64,000 nucleotides of DNA. Source: Alphaproteobacteria bacterium. GTDB lineage: Bacteria; Pseudomonadota; Alphaproteobacteria; Rs-D84. Position numbers and translations under genes: made by a program. Under the pieces are notes generated by a model. It was given only the letters and a program-made list of their open reading frames with translations. It had not been told where the DNA came from and ran no database searches. How positions within the stretch are numbered: position 1 is the first letter of the stretch; each line of letters begins with the position of its first letter. Positions 56,921 to 64,000 of the stretch are shown here, one piece after another. The DNA is taken from the NCBI GenBank assembly GCA_017403085.1, contig JAFQOQ010000021.1, positions 4,193 to 68,192 of the forward strand. The letters are read 5' to 3'.

Positions 56921-57420
56921 TACGAAAATGCGATCATCCCAATTGCACCAAGGCCGGCACATGCCGCGCTCCGAAATCGCGCGATTTGCGTGAATATTGG
57001 TTTTTCTGCACCGAACATGCGGCCGAATACAACAAGAATTGGAATTATTACGCCGACATGACCCCGGACGAGATTGAAGCCGACTGGGAACGTCAAACAT
57101 TTGGCGCCCCATTAAAGGACAAAACCCAGGCCAACACCGACGCATCCGATTATGCAAAATTCATAAACGAATTCATCACGGGGCGCAGTGCATTTGACCG
57201 CATTCCCGCGCGCAGCAAATTACCCACAAACGTCACCAGCGCGCTAAAAGTATTTGGTCTGGGCATATCTGCCACATGGCGCGACGTTGGCGTAAAATAT
57301 CGTGCCCTGGCGAAAAAATATCACCCCGACACGGCAACCGACAAAGACAACGCCGCTACCGACTTTGCGCGAATTTCTGCGGCATACGACATATTAAAGA
57401 AACATTTCGGCAAAAAATAG
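56917..57420 (+). CDS. J-domain protein with an N-terminal Cys/His cluster
   Basis: 167 aa. ATGA overlap with the xerD stop. C-terminal J-domain core YRALAKKYHPD. N-terminal CDHPNC...C...C..H. Confidence 0.75.
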   Translation: MIRKCDHPNCTKAGTCRAPKSRDLREYWFFCTEHAAEYNKNWNYYADMTPDEIEADWERQTFGAPLKDKTQANTDASDYAKFINEFITGRSAFDRIPARSKLPTNVTSALKVFGLGISATWRDVGVKYRALAKKYHPDTATDKDNAATDFARISAAYDILKKHFGKK

Positions 57421-57423
57421 CCA

Positions 57424-57455
57424 CAAAAAAATGCGCCATCTGGCGCATTTTATTT
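57424..57455. terminator. Bidirectional intrinsic terminator between the J-protein gene and serS
   Basis: AATGCGCC...GGCGCATT palindrome (57430-57449) with an A-run before and a T-run after. Confidence 0.6.
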
Positions 57456-57456
57456 A

Positions 57457-58737
57457 TCAGTGTTTTCCACCAATTTTTGTTCGTCCCCCCATCAGCGGCT
57501 GCAATTTCCGTGGTATATTGACCGACCCATCTGGGTTTTGATGATTTTCGATTACCGGCACAATTGCACGTGGCAACGCAATTCCTGTGTTATTCAGCGT
57601 CGCACAGAATTGCAACCCACCATCCCCCGTGGCCCGGAAACGTGTATTTGTTCTGCGCGCTTGGAATTGTCCGATTGACGAACACGATCCCAATTCACGA
57701 TAAGAATTTTCACTGGGGAACCATGCCTCGACATCATTCATTTTAACTTTATTAAATCCCATATCACCGGTACAAGCCTCAATCACGCGGTATGGCAATT
57801 CCAGGTCTTCCATAACCTCGCACAGGTTATTCAGCAAATGTTCATGCATTTCATCCGCCTGCGCTGGCGTGCAATAGATATACTGTTCCACCTTGTTAAA
57901 TTGATGTATGCGCACGATTCCGCGCGTATCACGACCGGCGGCACCGGCCTCTTTACGAAAGCACGGCGAAAATCCCGCGTACTTAATTGGCAAATCTTTT
58001 TCATTCAGCACCTCATCCGCATGCAGCGAATTCAGCACAATTTCCGCCGTCCCCGCCAGACATCTATCCGTATCCGCCAGCATAAACACATCATTATTCA
58101 TCACAGACGAATCGGTTCCCATAAAATGTCCTGCGTTAAAAATCGTCTGTGGTTTTGTAATAGACGGGCAATTAACGAACACAAATCCCTTGGCGATTAA
58201 CTTTTGAATAACATACGTCTGTATGGCCAGTTCCAGTTCTGCCGCCTCGCCAAACAGTGCATACGTACGCGCCCCACAAATTGCGGCGATTTTATCATTT
58301 TTCCACCACCCGTTCATTTCCAGCAGTTCCCACTGTGCGCGTGGTGTGAAATCGAATTGGCGTGGCATGCCGACGCGTTTTACTTCGACATTTTCGCTAT
58401 CATCGCGGCCACGTGGCGCGCTATCTGCAGGGATTTGTGGCACGCGACACAGCAAATCGCGCAACGCATTTTCTTTTTCTGCCAGTTCCGCCATATCTGC
58501 GGCGATTTCCGCGTTAATTTCCTTGCTGCGCGCGATAAGTGGTGCCTTGTCCATCGCGGTTGGTATTTCGCGTGTAATTTTATTTTTTTCTGCGGTTTTT
58601 GCCTGGGTAATTGTTTTCAATTCGCGCACCCGCACATCCAATTCCAACACCGCATCCACGACATCATCGAACCCCTTGTCTGCGCAGGCATTTTTAACAA
58701 CATCTGGATTTTCCCGAATAAATTTTATATCCAACAT
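57457..58737 (-). CDS. serS: Serine--tRNA ligase
   Basis: 426 aa. N-terminal coiled-coil arm (MLDIKFIRENPD), class II motifs. Confidence 0.93.
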   Translation of the reverse strand: MLDIKFIRENPDVVKNACADKGFDDVVDAVLELDVRVRELKTITQAKTAEKNKITREIPTAMDKAPLIARSKEINAEIAADMAELAEKENALRDLLCRVPQIPADSAPRGRDDSENVEVKRVGMPRQFDFTPRAQWELLEMNGWWKNDKIAAICGARTYALFGEAAELELAIQTYVIQKLIAKGFVFVNCPSITKPQTIFNAGHFMGTDSSVMNNDVFMLADTDRCLAGTAEIVLNSLHADEVLNEKDLPIKYAGFSPCFRKEAGAAGRDTRGIVRIHQFNKVEQYIYCTPAQADEMHEHLLNNLCEVMEDLELPYRVIEACTGDMGFNKVKMNDVEAWFPSENSYRELGSCSSIGQFQARRTNTRFRATGDGGLQFCATLNNTGIALPRAIVPVIENHQNPDGSVNIPRKLQPLMGGRTKIGGKH

Positions 58738-58913
58738 ACCAATAATCCTTTTATAAATATCGAGATGATAATATTACCGATTGAAAAAAATCGCAATGTA
58801 AAAAAATAAGTATGGACTTTTTTTCTTGTCATCTGTATCATATACATAAATATGTATTCACATGCCGAATGCAAACGGTGGCTTGGATTCGGCACAGAAA
58901 GGTGGGAAAAAAC

Positions 58914-60564
58914 ATGTCCAACAGCGCAAAGAACGCAAAAAGCATTGGTTTATCTGTTGCGGGTATATTGGTTGCATTACCTGCAGACGCGGACCTGGCG
59001 TCGATAACATGGGTTGAACGTGCGATTCAGAATCAAACCCCAATTCCTGCGGGATCTGTAATAACCGGCTATGCCAGTGGTTCATACGGTTCATACCTGT
59101 TGGCGGGATCAACGGTTGGCGGCCCATACAGCGGCGTTTTCCATCAGTGACATTGGCTCTCAGATGTCCCCATATATTTCTGGTGACGCAATTCCATTCG
59201 GTTTTGCCCCCACTGGCGCCGCGCCGACGTGGCTATTGGGCAAGGGCGCAGACGAAAGCGGTACGGGTGGCGTATGGCTTAACATCAGTAATGTTGCCAC
59301 AACAATAGCCCATAAATTAGGCGGTAGCCAGATTGAGGGTTATCAAGATTGGGCGACACAATATAAAAACTTATGGACTGGTTCTTTACGAAGTGGCCAC
59401 TTAGCAACATCGGATTACATTCTTGCCGCCCCGACCGGCACTGGCCCATTTGCCGCCGTATCTCTCGCCTCAGCATTAACTGGCAACAATACAATAGATA
59501 TGCTAACGGCTTTTATAGTATCTCGAAATGGATCTCAGATGGGTGCCTCTATTGGCGGATACGGCTCATACAGCGATACAGAAACTGGCTATATGCATAT
59601 TTTAGCCGGTGGCAGCAGCGCAAGCCTTAGAACCGGCGCCCCCGCAAAATGGCTTCACATGGGACGTTTAGGCAGCGCAATTGGCGGATACGGCTCATAC
59701 GCCAGTGACGCCACTGGTACAGCCTATATGTATGTCTTGGCTGGTAGCATCTTCGATGTACGCCAAGGCAGTGCGGCCAAATGGCTGGACATAAGAAAAA
59801 TGGGTGACCATATCGGCGGCTATAGCCAAAATGCCGAAGATGAAACACAAACACATGTATTGGCGGGCGATGGCGGAACCGGCATTCCTGGTTGGACGAC
59901 CATCAGTGGCATTGGCTCTCAGATGTCCCCATATATCCAGGGCAGCCAGATTTCATTCCCAGAAAAAATGATCCCAGGGGGCGGTTATGTTTTGGTAAAT
60001 GACAACAGCAGTGGTTCTGGTGCAGCATGGACACCAGTTACAACGTTAGGTGAAAGAATACGTTTTGCTTCCGGCGGCGGCTCTATGATTTTGGCAGGTG
60101 ATGGTGACACTGGCATCGCCGGCTGGATGGCCGCATCCAATCTGGCCCAATATATCCCAGGCAGTCAGATTACTGGGTACGGCTCCAACTCTGGATCTAT
60201 GATTTTGGCGGGCAATGGTGGCAGCGCCGGCTGGATGAACATGACATCATTAGCCACTACCCTAGGCTCACTGATCGGTAGCAAACTATCGCTTTCCCCT
60301 GCCAATTCCGGCGAGTACGTTGCGGTTGCGACCGGTGGCAGTGGCAACATCGCCGGACTTCGCCATGTATCAGCACTTTCTCAATATATATCTGGCACAC
60401 TTATCGGCACGGTTAATGGTTCCCAGGTTAAAATTGAACAAACTGCCACCGCCGCAGAGTTGCAGGCAAAAACCGGTACTATCTATTTCCCGGTTGTCCA
60501 AGACGGCAAAATTTACGGCGTCACACTGAACGATTTCTATATCCTGATGAATGCCCAGTTCTAG
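58914..60564 (+). pseudogene. Repetitive Gly/Ser-rich surface or secreted protein, interrupted by a +1 frame change near 59118-59130 (pseudogene, sequencing error, or two ORFs)
   Basis: A signal-peptide ORF runs 58914-59150. Its repeat (ITGYASGSYGSYLLAGSTVGG) continues in the +1 frame (..FSISDIGSQMSPYISG..), matching later in-frame repeats (ITGYGSNSGSMILAGNGG; ISGIGSQMSPYIQG). Confidence 0.5.
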
Positions 60565-60640
60565 TCGCCACATATCACAATTCGGGGAAATACGATTTTC
60601 GTATTGGGGAATGTATATATAACACGCAAAAGGATACTGT

Positions 60641-61600
60641 ATGAAAATTCTGATTATAAATTCATTCCCAGACTATATGACCGTACATGATAATGATATT
60701 AAATGGATTTCGTCCGACCTGAACGGGGACGCCGATGTCGTCAATCTGGGCGATATAAACGACGAACATATAAACAAAAAATATGACGCGGTGGTGTCTT
60801 TTAATTGCGTAAATATTTTCCACCCTGAAATTTCTAAATTCCAAATCAACGCAGACCGGGTTGCACGCATACTGGAAAATGTAAAACCTGAAAATCGCGT
60901 AATCTATTACCGCGATCGATATTTCAATGGCCGTGACGTTTTGCCCCAGTGCGCATTCGGACGCATGATACGCACACATAAAACACGCGTGTTAATTACA
61001 ATCCCCTGCTTTGAACGAATTTGCAAGGAAACACTAAAATCAATATTTACACTTATCATCCCCGATAATGTCGAAGCTGAATTTAACTATCAACAGGGCT
61101 ATACCGTGGTCCAGGCCCGCAATCGCCAGGTTTTTGAAACATTGGCCGGCGAATATGACTATACCCTGTTTGTCGATTCTGACGTTATCCTGCCCCAGCA
61201 TTTATTGGTAAATCTGTTGCGTGCAAATGCAGACCTGGCAACCGGGTGGTATATCAAAAAAATTCCAAACGGGCCAAAAATCACAGAAATCTATGCCCGC
61301 AAACGCTTTAACAACGAATTTGAAAACGTCATGGAAGAAGAATTAACCCGCTGGGCCAATGGGGCGCCGGTGCCAATCGCCGGTTGCGGATTTGGATGCA
61401 CATTGGTGAAAAATTCTGTATTCCAGGCAATGAAACAATTCGAAGGAAACTGGTTCGAATACGTCGAAGGTAAAAAAGACGATAAATTCTATATCTGTTC
61501 CGAAGATTTGAAATTCTGCGAACGCATGCGCGACCTGAACATGACACTGGTTTGCGATGCATCACTGCGCTGTTTCCACGTCGGACAAATGTTGTTTTAA
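60641..61600 (+). CDS. Glycosyltransferase family 2-like protein (tentative)
   Basis: 319 aa. VLITIPCFER...(~60 aa)...TLFVDSDVIL resembles the GT-A fold with a DxD motif. SD AAAAGGA. Confidence 0.55.
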   Translation: MKILIINSFPDYMTVHDNDIKWISSDLNGDADVVNLGDINDEHINKKYDAVVSFNCVNIFHPEISKFQINADRVARILENVKPENRVIYYRDRYFNGRDVLPQCAFGRMIRTHKTRVLITIPCFERICKETLKSIFTLIIPDNVEAEFNYQQGYTVVQARNRQVFETLAGEYDYTLFVDSDVILPQHLLVNLLRANADLATGWYIKKIPNGPKITEIYARKRFNNEFENVMEEELTRWANGAPVPIAGCGFGCTLVKNSVFQAMKQFEGNWFEYVEGKKDDKFYICSEDLKFCERMRDLNMTLVCDASLRCFHVGQMLF

Positions 61601-61674
61601 GGTTTGCTTTCATCAATTCGATATGTTAATCTTGCCAACGTGAAAAACAAAAACGGTAAAAGGGAAAGGTTATC

Positions 61675-62589
61675 ATGAATATCACAATGTATGATGTTGT
61701 CATATTGGGGTCGGGTCCGGCGGGCCTGACGGCGGCACTGTATGCCGCACGCGCAAATAAAAAGACCCTGGTTCTGGGGGGCGACCGTTTGGGCGGTCAA
61801 ATGGCCGGTATCGCAAAATTGGAAAATTATCCTGGCTGGGCGGGCAGCGGCATGGAATTGGCCGAATTTATGAAATCGCAATGCGAAACATTTGGCGCAT
61901 CGGTTATATTTACATCTGCAAAAACAATTTCTGGCGACGCAGACAGCGGATTTAACATCTTGTGTGATGACGGAAATCGATATGTCGGAAAAACCGTTAT
62001 CATCGCAACGGGTGCATCACCCCGCAAACTGGAAATCGACGGCGCACGCGAATTTATGGGACGTGGCGTATCATACTGTGCAACATGCGACGGATTCTTT
62101 TACAGTTACAAAGACGTCATCGTTATGGGCGGCGGAAACAGCGCACTGAACGACGCACTGTACCTGGCTGATTTGGCAAAAAGTGTAAAAATCATATATC
62201 GCAAAGGCGCATTCACCCGGGCCGAGGCTGTATTGCGCGAACGCGTCGCCCAACGTGAAAATATCGAATGCCTGTTCAATACAGACCTGGCAAAAATCGC
62301 CGCAAAACCTGATTCCGATTCGGGCCAACTTATCGTCACAACAACCGACGGCACTGAAATCGTCACAGACGGACTGTTCGTCGCAATCGGACACGAGGCA
62401 AACACAGATTATCTATCCGAAGATGTCCCACGCGACAATATGGGTCGCCTGGCCCCATCTGATATGCCGGCGGGAATCTTTGTCGCAGGCGACGTACATA
62501 GCAATATAAAAATGCAAATCGCAACCGCGGTCGGCACCGGCTGCGAGGCAGGCATGAACGCCATCGCATTTTTAAATTCTCAAAATTAA
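61675..62589 (+). CDS. trxB: Thioredoxin-disulfide reductase
   Basis: GSGPAGLTAALYAARA, redox CATCDG, GGGNSA NADPH site; 304 aa. Confidence 0.92.
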   Translation: MNITMYDVVILGSGPAGLTAALYAARANKKTLVLGGDRLGGQMAGIAKLENYPGWAGSGMELAEFMKSQCETFGASVIFTSAKTISGDADSGFNILCDDGNRYVGKTVIIATGASPRKLEIDGAREFMGRGVSYCATCDGFFYSYKDVIVMGGGNSALNDALYLADLAKSVKIIYRKGAFTRAEAVLRERVAQRENIECLFNTDLAKIAAKPDSDSGQLIVTTTDGTEIVTDGLFVAIGHEANTDYLSEDVPRDNMGRLAPSDMPAGIFVAGDVHSNIKMQIATAVGTGCEAGMNAIAFLNSQN

Positions 62590-62616
62590 AAATCGCCCGT
62601 TTGGGCGATTTTCTTA
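62586..62616. terminator. Bidirectional intrinsic terminator
   Basis: AATCGCCC-GTTT-GGGCGATT (62591-62610), flanked by an A-run and a T-run. Confidence 0.65.
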
Positions 62617-63048
62617 TTTTGTTTTAACAACAAATCGTTGTGCAGATATAAATGGGTAAATGAAATCTTTCAAGAAACATGTTGAATTCTTGTATTCAAT
62701 TGTCTTTTGCGCATTTGCCAATAATTTCTGTGCATCTGCACGTTCCCAATCATACTGACTGCGCAAATTACCCATGTTATTCAAAACACTTTCATATAAC
62801 ACGAACACCGAATTATCACGTGTTCCCGCCAAAAATCCATCGGCCAGGCTTGTTTCTTCCAACCCTGCCTTGACGCGCACATTATAATCCACATATTGCA
62901 TTGGATTTTTTCTTATGCGTTCTACGACGGCAATCGCTTCTAATACGTAAAATCGCACATACTTGTCCTTGGCCTGTTCTTTGCGCTTATTCAAGTACTT
63001 TATAACTTCTTCAAAAAACTTATTCAATGTTGCTTCGTAATCATACAT
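62614..63048 (-). CDS. Hypothetical protein
   Basis: 144 aa. SD AAGGAG. No recognisable motif. Confidence 0.5.
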   Translation of the reverse strand: MYDYEATLNKFFEEVIKYLNKRKEQAKDKYVRFYVLEAIAVVERIRKNPMQYVDYNVRVKAGLEETSLADGFLAGTRDNSVFVLYESVLNNMGNLRSQYDWERADAQKLLANAQKTIEYKNSTCFLKDFIYPFISAQRFVVKTK

Positions 63049-63187
63049 TTTCTTGACTCCTTATTTCTCACACTGATAAATATAGACAAAAACAATAAAA
63101 TGTCAAGACTTTGCATAAAAAAAGTTGAAAATTCTTAATTTTAGTTATACCCTATGCCCGTTAAACGCATAAATTTGGGGTAAAAAC

Positions 63188-64000
63188 ATGAAAATTCGCA
63201 ATATTGCAATTATCGCACACGTTGATCACGGCAAAACAACGCTGGTTGATAATATGTTGAAACAGGCCGGAACATTCCGCGACAACGAAAAGGTCGAAGA
63301 CCGCGTCATGGACAGCGGCGATATCGAACGCGAACGCGGCATTACTATATCTGCCAAACCAACATCTATTCAGTGGGGCGAATATAAAATTAATATCGTT
63401 GATACCCCCGGGCACGCTGACTTTGGCGGCGAAGTTGAACGTATTCTGTCCATGGTCGATGGCGTTGTATTGCTGGTCGATTCTGCCGAAGGTCCCCTGC
63501 CCCAAACCAAATTTGTATTATCCAAGGCATTAAAGCTGGGGTTACGTCCAATTGTATGCATTAACAAAATCGACCGTGCCGACGCACGCCCAGACGAAGT
63601 TTTAACAGAAACATTTGACCTGTTCGATAAACTGGGCGCAACTGATTCTCAATTGGATTTCCCATATCTGTATTCTGTGGGCCGTGACGGTTGGGCGGTG
63701 CGCGATTTGAATGACGAACGCAAAGATTTAACCCCACTGTTCCAATTAATTGTTGATCATGTGCCGGCCCCAGATTGCAATGGCAGTCGTTGCCAGCTGG
63801 ACGCACCATTTACAATGCTGGCCACCACATTAGAGGCCGACCCGTACGTTGGCCGTATCTTGACCGGAAAAATTGAATCAGGCACGGTTCGCGTTGGTCA
63901 ATCAGTCAAGGCAATAAATCGCAACGGCGAATTTATCGAAAACGCAAAAATCACAAAAATCATCGAACATCGTGGTGTTGAAAAGATTTCTCGCGATAGC
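63188..64000 (+). CDS. typA: Translational GTPase TypA/BipA (3'-truncated by the window edge)
   Basis: MKIRNIAIIAHVDHGKTTLVD, DTPGHADFGGEVER, NKIDR. Open to the end of the window, so it is absent from the ORF track. Confidence 0.9.
   Translation, partial: MKIRNIAIIAHVDHGKTTLVDNMLKQAGTFRDNEKVEDRVMDSGDIERERGITISAKPTSIQWGEYKINIVDTPGHADFGGEVERILSMVDGVVLLVDSAEGPLPQTKFVLSKALKLGLRPIVCINKIDRADARPDEVLTETFDLFDKLGATDSQLDFPYLYSVGRDGWAVRDLNDERKDLTPLFQLIVDHVPAPDCNGSRCQLDAPFTMLATTLEADPYVGRILTGKIESGTVRVGQSVKAINRNGEFIENAKITKIIEHRGVEKISRDS

Noticed and set aside
59140-59155. prfB-like programmed +1 frameshift at the CAG-TGA-C stop of the N-terminal fragment of the repeat protein.
   Set aside because: The P-site codon CAG cannot re-pair in the +1 frame (AGU), and there is no upstream SD-like stimulator. 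Repeat logic places the frame change ~25 nt earlier, at GGCGGCCC.
1-64000. Search for a dif site (XerCD target), given that xerD and ftsK are in the window.
   Set aside because: By eye I could not find a convincing 28-bp GCATAAT-N6-TTATG-type dif-like palindrome. This needs a pattern or HMM search.

Overview
This 64-kb window looks like a compact, fairly AT-rich chromosome segment from a Gram-negative bacterium. It is probably a host-associated or uncultured alphaproteobacterium: it has a MucR/Ros regulator, gatCAB, tatABC, LolA/Lnt/LptG, a SPOR protein and many OMPs. All calls come from reading the supplied ORF translations and the DNA by eye; no database search was run.

Most of the window is core housekeeping:
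- Fe-S assembly: sufBC, plus a separate sufS-sufT-sufE block.
- Translation and tRNA: gatC/gatA/gatB, miaB, thrS, gltX, serS, trmB, typA.
- Export and envelope: tatA/B/C, lolA, secDF-yajC, lptG, ftsL-ftsI, ftsK.
- DNA repair, recombination and others: nrnA, recJ, rarA, mutL, xerD, greA, trxA, trxB, dksA.
- Two tRNA genes, Phe-GAA and Lys-CUU, both on the minus strand.

No transposase, phage integrase, CRISPR array or rRNA is visible.

The non-core material, roughly in order of interest:
1. A tightly coupled four-gene operon of unknowns (32932-34979). It contains a degenerate HNH-like protein followed by a SUKH/SMI1-KNR4-like protein and an RHH protein.
2. A 5-kb minus-strand cassette of two paralogous OMP barrels and two Cys/Gln-rich secreted proteins. 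It is bracketed by copies of a ~115-bp long-hairpin repeat.
3. Two tandem structured RNA segments, each ending in an intrinsic terminator, upstream of a Cys-rich secreted protein.
4. An in-frame YbeY-Lnt fusion.
5. Decayed tandem copies downstream of both tRNA genes that keep the acceptor 3' end and the terminator.
6. A frameshifted repetitive surface protein next to a glycosyltransferase.
7. An S41 peptidase homologue in which both catalytic dyad positions appear substituted.

None of these can be assigned to a described system from sequence alone. Item 1 is my best candidate for something new, at moderate confidence only.
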